Source of the DNA: Nemertoderma westbladi
Taxonomy: Eukaryota > Animalia > Xenacoelomorpha
Direction: 5' to 3'
Length of the DNA stretch: 64,000 bases
Assembly (NCBI GenBank): GCA_032718475.1
Contig: JAUCBJ010007275.1
Span: 35,666 to 99,665, forward strand
Below, in pieces: positions 25,170 through 36,948 of this stretch; positions within the stretch are counted from its first letter, which is position 1, and the number at the start of each line of letters is the position of its first letter. The notes under the pieces were generated by a model. That model did not search any database and had not been told where the DNA came from. It worked only from the letters and a program-made list of their open reading frames with translations. The translations under genes and the position numbers were made by a program.

Positions 25170-26825
25170 TTCCTCAAACATCTAGGGACTCCCCAACGTG
25201 ATACGTCTGGAGTGGGTGCATGACTATATTATTCTATCTATTTTTATTATATTTTATATGCGAACGTTATTACAGTATGTACATTATTATAATCGTTTTA
25301 TTTAATTTTATTTAGTAGAATGTTATTTTAGATTATTTAGTAGGTTAGTGCAATATATTAGTGTTTATTACGTAATTACATATAATATATATTTAATATG
25401 ACGGCGAGAAATAATTCTTTCTTTTTCCTTACTGTCCGTATTATATTATAAATACGAGACTACAGTAAGATGACATGTCAGTACTTATTAAAGTACAATA
25501 AAGCTCCTACTATATTTAAGTATTATTGGTAGGCAGAGTATTAGGAATGCAAAGTTCAGATCCTCGTGTCTCGGCTAAACCAAGCTTTGGGTAGACCTTG
25601 GAAACGACTTGCCTCTTCACACTGACATTGCTTCGTGCGATATTGCTCTTCTACTTTATATTAAATAATACATATAGTAGCGTGATGTCCCTATAACAGT
25701 AGCGTAAAACGCAAATAAATCTGTTAAACCTTTTGACCATCTGTAATTTTAGTCGATTAAGATATCGCGGCACCCACCGATATACTTGAAAGACAAATTC
25801 TAGAATCAGTGGTTAACGTCCCCAGACAAGTTCTGGAATAAATCGGTGCCCATCTTAAATATTAATTTAATATTTATTAAAATCTGTAAAATTCAGATCC
25901 TTTAAAATTTCTAGTCAATTAAGATATCGCAGCGCTTACCGATACTCTTAAAAGACAATTTTATAGAATTAAGGATCCTAGGTCCCCAGACATGCTCTGG
26001 AATAAAATTGTGTCAATTTTACCATCAAATAATAAAATTCACGGGAATAAATTTAAATTCATATCTTAAATGAATTTCATAAATTGTCATTTCGTGCAAT
26101 TTATAACATTCCCAAAATTCCAGTAATTAATAGATCATGGGAGCGGAGATTCATCCTATTGAGCGTATTAGAGTGCGAGAATCTCCAACATATAGTCAAT
26201 AGCCGATAAAATTAATAATATCATGCATAAAGAGGATATTGACAATTAAAGAATTACTATTAAATAGCATTCCAGATCTGTATGCATGAGAATTACCCTA
26301 ATTCTACCGCTAGCTTTCCATAATGTCACCATAGCAACACCCACGCTAGAATTAGAAGCAAGTTAAAAGAACAATAGAAAGCTTGTCCCATTGCATAGCA
26401 TAGAGAATACATAGCACATGGTTAGTATCCAAGGATACACAGTAATAACGTGACATTCTGGAAGGCACTGACTAACGGACAAATGGCCTGTATGTGTACA
26501 ATTGGAGACAGTTTTGTGGAATTTGTGCGTTTATAGGTGAATGTTACTGCTAAAGTGTGTTTACAGTAGCTAGTCGCAATTGTGAAAGTAACCCTAACTC
26601 TAATATAGAAAGAACCTAAAGTGGATTCAAGCCTTTGGGACAGACAGTGGAGTGACTTGTGCCGGTTATCGTTGTCGTGCTGTTGCTACATGTTGGCGTA
26701 AACACCGCGACAACGGTACATCGGCGCTGAGAATCCCACTGTCCGGGGGCAAAGAAAGGTAGGCAGCGACGCTCGCTTGCCTAAACATAAACTCATTATA
26801 ATATTAATAAACCCAAATAGCAGAT

Positions 26826-28419
26826 ATGACGGAGTTGATAGAAGATGATCTTGGTATCAGGGAGCGATATACTCTACCTTTACAAGCATTTGTGGATAGC
26901 TTGATACGCGGTGAATCCGATCCAACCATTACGGAGGACGATGGTCGTTATATCGAACCGCCGATGTCCCAAGAGCAACTTACGCGTGAATTGGACTATC
27001 GAAAATTCACCGCTCGCTATACGCATCGTAATGGTATGTATATGGACTTCTTAACTACCGGCCATCTTATCGATTTACATGATACGGACGATGTAGACAC
27101 CGAAAGGGAAATGGTTCTATTTAAATATCATACCCAGCGGAGTCGTAACGATAAACCGAGAATAGTACACGAAAATTCTATTCGTAACAGACTGGAAAGA
27201 GAAAACGTTCAAGAACCGGATAAACGCATCGACTTCAGTGACTACCTGGAATTTTTGAGAGAAACCTATCTCAACATCGCCAGTCAGCAGAACCTAGAGA
27301 CTCGATATCCTCAAGGTATACATCATGACCCTATGGTAGAACTCAAACGGCTCTATTTCACTATGATGTATCTTACCGCCGATCGTCCACTACCTGTTAT
27401 CCCGGATAGTTTTGAACAAATGGAAGAATATTGCAAAACTGGAGAACGATCACCCGCGTTTCCTCTACAGGACGTACGTCTTTGGTATTATTGTGACGAA
27501 TGCCCTAGACCCAACCAACAAACTGAAAGACACAAACGTCCGCTGTTCCTATTTCCACGAACAACCGGCGATGGAAATTTATTGCGCATATTGCAGACTC
27601 CATAACTTGCATATTTTTGCGGTTTGCCCTCAATTTATGACTCAATGTCACCATTGTCAACTAAAGGGACACGCCAGTTTCGATTGCCCTTTTAATCACG
27701 ATTTGGAAAGCGTAGATGAAATGATCACACTACGTTACATCAGAGCTTGGGAAGCGAACGCTGATTTACATTGTGATTTGCGCCATCGCTATTATCCTGG
27801 ACGCGCTTACGAAGGAGTTTATGCGTTCCATCCTTATCTATTCGCTTCTGTCGAACAGAAATCACGCATATCGAGTTACGAACTACTGAAGCGCGTCGGA
27901 GAATGTATTTCAACCAAATTTGTACGCAAATTTCTCAGGAGTGTTAATCCTAGCGACCTTCATTCCTATAACTTAATCAATTTTATCCGTCAGGATCCGG
28001 ACTATGGAGACTTATTTGTTAACTCACACCCCGAGTTACAGGAAGTATATCGACGGCCTTACGAATACCGAGCCCGCGAACGCGAGTTGGAAAGAACCAT
28101 TAAACCCAGGAAGTTTCTGACTGCCTATGGTCCACCCACGGCTCTCGTTCAGACCACTCGTAAAGGACCCGTAAGAGCGGCCGTCCTAAAACGCGCTCTA
28201 AAGGCCGTTAGACCCCTCTCCCCCGACGTTGATGTCAACCAACCCGGCACTTCGACCGGCGGATACACCGACCATAATCCTACACCCTCTGATGCAATCA
28301 TATTGCACCCTTCACCCAGAAGTTATAGCCCTCCTTGTAAAGTGGCTCGCCCCAAAGAGAAAAAGACTCTGGCCAGCTTTAAAAAACTGCGTAAACGCCG
28401 TCCGCGCAAGAAAGACTAA
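26826..28419 (+). pseudogene. Element A ORF3, internally deleted (~2.1 kb lost near 27542)
   Basis: N-terminus matches B 46823-47541 and C-terminus matches B 50541-51389. The central exonuclease region is absent and the join is out of frame. Retains two CCHC knuckles (~27583-27687) and a KKLRKRRPRKKD tail. Confidence 0.85.
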
Positions 28420-28486
28420 CTGTTTAGAGTATTTACGTATATTAGAAACTGTGATTTTGTATATTTATAGACTTGAATCCCATTTT

Positions 28487-28496
28487 CTGGGAGTGG
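28487..28496 (+). other. Polypurine tract of element A
   Basis: CTGGGAGTGG directly before the 3' LTR TGTA; element B has CTGGGAGCGG at 51458-51467. Confidence 0.7.
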
Positions 28497-29671
28497 TGTA
28501 AAAGCTTTTGCGGATATAATCAGTCCCCTTGCCCGCAAAGTACCATGTGGGTGTTTTAACGGACATAAAAGTTGTTCTTCTATATGTGTGCTTTGGAGGA
28601 CATGGCAAGACACAAAACCCGCAATGCGTCAAATCCTCTAGCACAGTGTAGCCTTGATGATTCAGATTACGACATCTAACAGCTGGTTGCTGGCATGGAA
28701 ACGGCCGTTGGACACATGGTTCTTTGTTCAGCTTAACAGCCAATCAGAGCGATTTTTACTTTAGACGTGGAGATATTCTACAGATCGTACTAGGTGTGTT
28801 CAGTCTTACAGTGTTAGAGTTTTGTTGTTTCTATCTAGGCCAAGAACACCGGCTCTGGAGTAAAATTGTTTTCAGACTTTAGAAGAAACATTAGTAGGCT
28901 AAGATTATAGAGCGTATAACTGTTATCAGCGGTACAGTCTTACAGTACCAATCATATCATATCTTAACCTACCGTCTTAATGCTTTTACTGTTGTCATTA
29001 TTTGTATCAGTTGGTTGAATATTATTACTTGGAGAACATCGATAAATAACCCAAATTTCCCAATTTTCTTGATACACTACAGGTTAGAGAGACAGGTTAC
29101 ATATAGCGATTGCGACTTATATTATTGTGGTTTGTAGTGAATTTAATGCTATTTGATAAGCACTACATGAGTCAATTGCTGTTCTCTTTATGTATGATAA
29201 AATTCATTGACGGTCGGCAGATTAGTGTGCAGTATTGTGCGGTACCAGTAGTGTGCATGATTGTGGCTGATAACTAAGCATTTCCTAAAGAATGCGCCTC
29301 ATACGTGAATCATAAGCCTTACCGTCTCACCGTTGTGTTTAGTATAAGTCATATCTCTGTTTACCTAGATAGAGCGCCACGTCCTAAAGGAACTGTTAAT
29401 ATTTCCCGAAAGTGAATAATATTCGTCAGAAATTATTTACTAACGATCAATCGAATAATACAGTAAGCTTACACTGCAATAAAATCTAAGCACTCCGAAT
29501 CCAGTCTCCCGGGTATATCCAGCGGGTGAATGGACGCGCACTAGGCTGGCTTCGGCTAATGTTGTGTTTATTGGTATTAAATACTTGTCATATGTTAAAG
29601 TCTATTTATAAACCAAAAGACATATAAATTTTGGCAGGTTAAACTGCTAAAGGTCTTCAAAAGCGCGTACA
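28497..29671 (+). repeat. Element A 3' LTR
   Basis: Direct repeat of 13618-14792, followed by TSD GATTA. Confidence 0.97.
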
Positions 29672-29684
29672 GATTATGCATTTA

Positions 29685-30165
29685 TTTTGGGCAAAAATGT
29701 TTTTGCTTTGGGGGCAAATGTATTTTTATTTTGGGGGATAATGTATTAGTTTTGGTGGAAAATGTATTTTTTTTGGGCGAAAATGTATTTGTTTTGGGCG
29801 GAAATGTATTTGTTTTGGGGGAAAATGTATTTGTTTTGGGGGAAATTGTATTTGGTTTGGGGGAAAATGTATTTATTTTGGGCGAAAATGTATTTGTTTT
29901 GGGGGGAAATGTATTTGTTTTGGGAAAATTTGTAATTATTTTGGGGGTTTTGTCATTTATTTTGGTGCTAATAATGCTTTGGGGAGCATTTATTTATTTT
30001 GGTATTGAATAATTTGTTTTGGTGTTGAATAATTGTTTTTGGTGTTGACAAATTTGTTTTGGTGTTTGAATAATTTTATTTGGGGTGACTTTTATTTTAT
30101 TTGGTGTGAATAATTTTTTTGGGGTTACATTATTTAATTTAGTGTAAAATAATTTTTTTTGGTGA
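29685..30165 (+). repeat. 21-bp and ~20-bp minisatellites
   Basis: GGGGGAAAATGTATTTGTTTT units followed by GGTGTTGAATAATTTGTTTT-like units. Confidence 0.85.
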
Positions 30166-30213
30166 AATTGTTATCAATTTAGGGATGACTTTAATTGGTA
30201 GCCATTTACATAT

Positions 30214-31558
30214 GGGCATTTCCACAGAAAATGGGACACGATATGAAAAAAATAAAACTTTAAAAAATAAGCAATATGTCATGATTTATTGGGTAAAATT
30301 TCATAAATTTTTCGAATTTGACAACATTTACATTGATTTGAGGGTATAAAGTTGGAAATTTTGCGATTATATCGACCATCATCAAGAAAACACTTAAAAC
30401 ACTTAAAAACTAAAAAAATATCAAAATTCAAGGCGAAATATTTATTTTACTGTTTATCTATATACAGTAGGCTATCCTTGGTTGCTTGGTATCATTGTAA
30501 TCAGCCGTAAATGCACATTCCAATGAGATACAGTAGTTCTACGCCATAAACATAGAACGATTCTCGTACAATAAAGATTAAGAGCTACCTGTATCCAATT
30601 GTAACGTCAAACACTTTTTTTTACATTTTTTCTCAATTACTTCTCCATTGTTTGGCAAACCATATCGAAATTGTAATGACTCAATGCCGACGTAAGATGG
30701 CGTCTCTTGTGCCATTTGCAGCAATCCAGACTACCATAGAGGCTGTAATTTCAGTGAATGAAGTTTGTAACGTCCGACACATTTTAACGTCCGACACTAT
30801 AATTATTTAATGTATTTAATGTCTAAATTGCAGTTCATAGTGTAAAAGGCATAAATAAATAAAAATAGGTTTCAATAATTGCGATTTTCGACTCAAAATA
30901 ATATATTGATAATATAATTAAATAATAGATTAGATAAATAATATTGATAATATATTTGGCAATTATTGTTGGTGAAATTTAAAATGGTTTTCAGATTCGA
31001 AATCTGAAGATGAAGGCGGTTCTAATGTTATCTAGATTTCATTCCAAAGACGAAAAATAAAGCTGACGGAGGTGGCTAAATATTGCTATTATTTATGTAA
31101 CGTCCAACACGTAACGTCCGACACCATTCCGCACAACTTTGAATTGAAAATGTTGGTTTCAAAAGATCTGCAGTGCAATTTCGAAAACCTTTTCGAAAAA
31201 TAGAATAGTTGAGCTACAATTTGAGCCCAAAAATAATAACATACCAGTCTTCGGCATTAATTGCAATCAAAAGTAAAATATGTACAATAAAAAGTGTCCT
31301 ATTTTTGTAACGTCCGACACCTTTTTAAAAGTCAACTGTTTAAGAAGAATAACGTTTCCCAATGCAGTGTACAGTAGGCCTATTTGAGATAATCTGTCTG
31401 CGATATTATTATAAATTGTCTCATTTATTCAACGCAATCTGATGTCAAAAATTCAAGTATTTTCGTAAATTTAAAGAAAAACATTCAAAAATCGAACGTC
31501 ACGTAACGTGTCCGTAACGACGCAATTGTCCGTAACGTCCGACACCGTGGAATTGCCC
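30214..31558. mobile_element. PIF/Harbinger-ISL2EU-like non-autonomous element
   Basis: TIR GGGCATTTCCAC / GTGGAATTGCCC with AT on both flanks. Internal TAACGTCC(G/A)ACAC motif occurs six times. Confidence 0.65.
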
Positions 31559-33071
31559 ATATATTAGTCAAATTCACAACACTGTGTCTTGGTTGGATCA
31601 TATTGTGTCTACCAAGACATCACAATTACAGTATGTACAGTATATCGGATATCACAAGTCCTATTGAAGTTGTTACAGTATGTACGTACAGTATATCGGA
31701 TATCACAGTCCTATTGAAGTTGGCCATTGATGATCATTTTTCTCTTTCTTTTGTATTTAATTTTAATGTTGGTGAAATCCCTCAGCACAAAGTCAAAAGG
31801 CGAAAAAATGCGATCCCAAGCCGCAGTGGGACAAGGCCAATGGTATTAACACTAGAGTATCTACAGTATAACGGCATACTGTACTGCATGCAGCAGCATT
31901 AATAAAGCTATGCCGACTTTCCTATAAGTAATCGAAATAGAGGAAAATGGTTTACGGATCTAGACTGTGACAATATGTACAATTATTGTATAAACACATG
32001 TATATTGTGGGGCAAACCACGAATTTGCGGAGACGTAGTGAACTGACACTGTTAGGTATGTTGGTCAATAATGGCAAATAGTTATGTCGTCGTCATAACC
32101 ATGTTGAAATGGTATTAATATTGTCGAATTTAAAGCTTTCGAATTGGAAATTTGTACGCATCAATACGACTTAAATTTGTGGTTTTTTAGTGACTTTCAA
32201 ACACTATCAATTTAACAGTCTCCCGCTAGAGGGCTACATGTCTAAACATTAAATGTCCTCCCATATCTTTGCTTTTAATCTGAAACTTTGTAGATTTGTA
32301 GTAGACCATTAGCTGTGTCATTCAAAGGACGCTCATCCGTCTGTAGTTTTCTAGTCTACCGCTAGAGGGCGAAATGTCTCAAAGTAAAATCCTTGATCCA
32401 TTCCGTTATTTATGATCCGATCAATCTGAAACTTGTCTCATATGTGCTAGAACACATCCGATGTTCTTGTGTGGTCGGTAATTGGTCTGCAGCTCTCCAG
32501 TCTCTCGTTAGCGGGCGAAAAATGCATAGGTTTTGCATATAATTCATTCGAGTTGACACTTAACATTTAGACACTTTATGTCACGTGCTCCGCGAAGGCC
32601 CCACTTCCTGTATAACAACGTATTACATTTTTAAATTAGCGAAAGCTGTATATCATCAGTTCTCACTCAGTATAGGTTCGTTTATTTATTTAATTTGAAA
32701 ACATTGATACTGAAATGTGCTTATTTTCCTTATACTTTCTTAATTGCGATAGTTTCGTTTATAGTTTAGGTTAGAACACACTGACACTGAAACCTGTTAC
32801 TTTCCAATGACGAAATCGATGTAGTTCTGCCTATTGTATTGGTATGCAAAGTTCAACACTGAAAACTACCTCTTTCATTTTCTGGCGAATTCTACTAAAT
32901 CAGTAAACTTAGGCGTGTCCATATAAAAAATACCGGGGTTATTGGTGTTTGGTGTTTGTTGGTGTAGTTTTAAATTATTAAAGATTTAGTTTAAGACAGT
33001 TGAGCGTTCCTGAGAAATAAAGCTATCTAATATTAGATCTACAGACCCAAGTCCCATCGAATGACTGACAG

Positions 33072-33590
33072 ATGAAGTCACGTATAATTCATCGGAAACT
33101 TGGGGTCCGATTATTTAGAGCAGCAGTAGTTCCAGTACTCCTCTATGGGAGTCCATGCTGGGCTCTAACTTCTGAGGACACCAACTCTCTGGATGGCACA
33201 TTCGTAAGAATGCTACGCCGGGTTCACTGTGTCAAGTACAATGCACACATCTCCAACTAGACACTAGATAACATTGGAGGTGTCTCATTGGTCCTCCCAA
33301 GCTTGACACTAGAACAAAGCCGCCTCAGCTTTGCAGGACATTGCTTTCGCCGTGTGGACCGGCCAGTGTATAATCTTATGCTTTGGCGGCCTCATGGAGT
33401 GATTAAGCATGGTGGACAGTCCATGACTTTCTTGAGACGCATCTTAAAGGACACTGGCCTTGAAGATGCGGATGATCTAGCAAATGTCATGGGTGATAGG
33501 GAGTTGTGGCGTCACAATTTTGTCGACAAGCCGGCATAGCATTCTTAAAAATGCAGCTGCAATGCAGCATGCCGATCCTAGTAGTATTAG
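33072..33590 (+). mobile_element. 5'-truncated RTE-clade LINE, 3' end
   Basis: VLLYGSPCW...MLRR...HISN*...FAGHCFR...DRELWR is typical of the RTE C-terminus; TAG-repeat tail. Confidence 0.8.
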
Positions 33591-33907
33591 ACAGATACAG
33601 TACAACTACTGTAGCTTGTGATAGTATGGTATCCGTATGCTAAGGCTTGCCTACTTTTTTGGCTCTCCATAGTCCCCAGACCTTATCACTTTCAGGAGAT
33701 TTTTTTAAAGGCTATTAAAAATACATAATACATAAAAATACAATAAATGTACCACACACTGTATATCGAAAATATTTATTAAAATCAACTGCAAAAACAA
33801 AACTAAACCAAGTTTCATATATCATTTTTTTATATTCAAAGTAAAGGTATTTATTATGAAATATAAGCTAATAAAAATTGTAAGGTACTAAGACTAACTA
33901 AAGTACA

Positions 33908-35058
33908 TGTAAAAGCTTTTGCGGACATAACAAGTCATTTTTTCCCGCAATGCACAGTGTAGGTGCTTTAGCGGACATAACAAGTCATTTTTGCCGCAAT
34001 GCGCATAATACTCTAAAAGACTGGAGCTCAGATGACGAAATCTGTCAGCTGATTTCCTGTATACGTGGAACTTTTCTTTGTCCTGCCTAGTCAGCCAATC
34101 AGAGACGATTTTCACTTTATGTTGAACAGGGGCCTATGGAAAACCGCGCAATGCATTACGGTCTTTGTTTACTTTTCTGAGCCAGAGAACCGGCTTGGAA
34201 ATCTTCTGAACTTCTGATTTTGGAAGTTTCAGACTTTTGGCCTAAACATCTGATGGCTTTGATTACAAGAACGTAAATCTATTGTCTGGAAACATTACCT
34301 GGCTGCATTTACCTGATGAACTCAACATCCTGCATACATACTGACTTACGTAACACATACTGATTGTTCACCGCATTATTTTACTTCTGTTATTAATTGT
34401 TGTTATATGGATATATATTGCTGATATATTTGGATAATACCGATGAATAATCATAAAACCCCCAATCTTCTTGATTACTGAAGGTGAGAGGAACAGGTTA
34501 CCGGTAGCAACTGCGACTTAAATTATAGTGGTTTTGTGTGAATTAAATGCTATTTCATAATCCCTACAAGTGTCAGTTGCGATCTTCCTTATATATGATC
34601 AAATTCAGTGACGGTCGGCAGATCAGTGTGCAGTAGTGTGAAATAGTGTGAAGTCGTGTGAAGTAGTGTAACAGATAATAAAGCATCTCCTAAAGAATGC
34701 GCTATTTACGAAACTCAGTAGCCATCTAGTTGTAATTAGTATAAGTCATAACTCTGTTTTTATACTTAAAGCGCCACGTACTAAAGGAACTGTTAATATT
34801 TCCCCGAAAGTAAATATATTTGTCAGAGATTATATAGTAACGATCAATCGAATAATACATATAGGTCTGCACAGCAATAACTTTCAAAGCACCCGAATCC
34901 AGTCTCCCTTAACTGTGGGTGAATGATCGCGCACAGACTGGCTTCGGCGGATGTAACTTCAGTACATTAAATAATTGGTCTAGGCTAAAGTCGATTTACA
35001 AACAAGAAGACAACTAAAATTGGCAGGTTAAACTGCTAGAGGTCTAAAAGCGCGAACA
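33908..35058 (+). repeat. Element B 5' LTR
   Basis: TGTAAAAGC...CGCGAACA; about 98% identical to the 3' LTR by eye. Confidence 0.93.
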
Positions 35059-35069
35059 ATAATAGATTT
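35059..35069 (+). other. Non-tRNA primer-binding site of element B (ATAATAGATTT), complementary to LTR 34275-34285
   Basis: Pairs 11/11 (one G:U) with AAATCTATTGT at 34275-34285 and 51834-51844. Confidence 0.75.
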
Positions 35070-36948
35070 TTAAGTTCTTTATTGCACCATAGGCAATAAA
35101 GTCGAATGTACCGGTCGAACGGTAAGCTGTAAGCCTAACTGCCCAACTACCCGAACCGGTACTTACTGGTACCAGTATTATTTCGATTGTGACATATTGT
35201 ATATTGTAGGCTGTTAGGGGATTAGGGATTGATCACCCCTTATTCCTTTGTATGGTTTACTTATTTCTGTCAGTATTATTTATCTGTAAGTGTAATATTG
35301 AGCAGAAGGCGTGTAAGCCTGCTCAGATTGTATAAATAATTTGTAGGCCGGATTGTTGTCTGACTGTTGTTAGGTCCGAAGAGATTGCAGTATGTGTAGA
35401 GTGTCTGTCCGATAAAGTGCTAGTTAGGAAGGTGGGGGCATCCAGTGTTGTAAGGTAAATCCCCCCGAAAGAATAAGTCGTACTACTCGGTTAGAACGCC
35501 TACTAACTAACCATTTTGGAGTCTGCATATACTGTAGTTTATTTAGGCTTGACAGTAGTCTGCCAGCATTTGGTCTGTATTTTGTTTGTATAGTCTGCAC
35601 GGGTAGCGTAATATTTATTGTTCAGAGTATATGCGAGTATTCGCAACCTACAACCCCCCAAGTTTATTCCTACAGTAATTGTGCTTGTTATACATACCGT
35701 TATAGTTAAATTAACCCCGGTACTACATCAGGGCTGCTTGGCGTAGGTAAAGACTGGTGATTTTGTGCTCCGGTCACTCCAGCAGATACCGTGGTTCTTT
35801 TGGCTGTTCAAGTATATTTAACTGCTGGTTATTTGTTGTATAAGTACTTGTACCTAATTTAGGATTTAGAGTATAGTGCTTTCCGAAAGTAATTTTGTGT
35901 GTAGGCAGTATATTTGTGTTGTAAAGTGGTTAATAGGCATGTTAGCTCTGGTTGGCTGCGGTAATTAACTTCTAGGTAAGGACACTCCGGGTACATAACA
36001 TAGTACTTATAGAGCTAAGACTATAAGTCGTCAGACGGTGGTATTTTCTTATCTGGACAACGCAATTTACTTACTACTGCTTTATTGTTTTCAAATACCG
36101 TAGTATCCTGACAGTTTGTAAGAACCAGAAATTCTAACTCCTTGTTAGGCTGGTTTGTAGATTTCTTGTAAAATTACCCTAAAATTTGTATGTATAACTT
36201 TTTAGTGTTAATTTAGAGATTGTAATCTCAAACTGTAATAGTAAGTAATTTGTAGTGATAAGTAACTTAGTAAAGTAGAATTATTCGTTTTAGTGTCCAA
36301 CAAGTAGCACTTCACTGAGAGCGTTCAGCTTCTGTGCAGTGACTCCTCACCCAGAAATAATAACATTTATTTCAAACATAGTCCAACCCCTTGTACGGGT
36401 ATATATATATATTATAAATAAACTCAAACCGATTTATAAAATAGTAGGCCTGTTATACATCTATTAGGTCTTAATATCAGTTGGACTACTGCTTGATAAC
36501 AGTAATAAGTAAAGGGAAGTAACCCTAAAAATTCGGAAATTCAGTTATTATAAAATAATTGACATTACCGGTATTTACGGTAGGCTTATTATATATTTAT
36601 ATAAATTTGGGCTGAAATTATATACCGGTATTCTGTGACTAATCCTAGTCTATAATAATACTTATATATACTATAGGTGTATACCGGTATTTACGGTAGG
36701 CTTATTATATATATTTATATAAATTTAGGCTGAAATTATATACCGGTATTCTGTGACTAATCCTAGTCTATAATAATTCTTATATATATATACTATAAGT
36801 ATACCAGTATTTTAATATATTATATATATATCACGTTACACTGAGTAACGATATCGGTAATTAATTACTAGGCTTACAGTTGATACTGATTTACTAGACT
36901 TACTTTAACTGTCGTTATAGTAGTAGGCATTCAACTGCAATATAAATC

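Larger units (their letters stand above)
13618..29671 (+). mobile_element. Element A: giant (16,054 bp) BEL/Pao LTR retrotransposon with an extra ORF3
   Basis: Two 1175-bp LTRs TGTA...TACA. 5-bp TSD GATTA (13613-13617, 29672-29676). gag-PR-RT-RH-IN order with Pao-type motifs. Confidence 0.97.

Noticed and set aside
26826-28419. ORF3 as an envelope gene
   Set aside because: No signal peptide or transmembrane helix; it has zinc knuckles and a basic tail instead.
34285-34330. Hammerhead ribozyme (GAAAC...CTGATGA) next to the element B 11-mer
   Set aside because: The required stems cannot be formed and the motif is absent from the homologous position in A.
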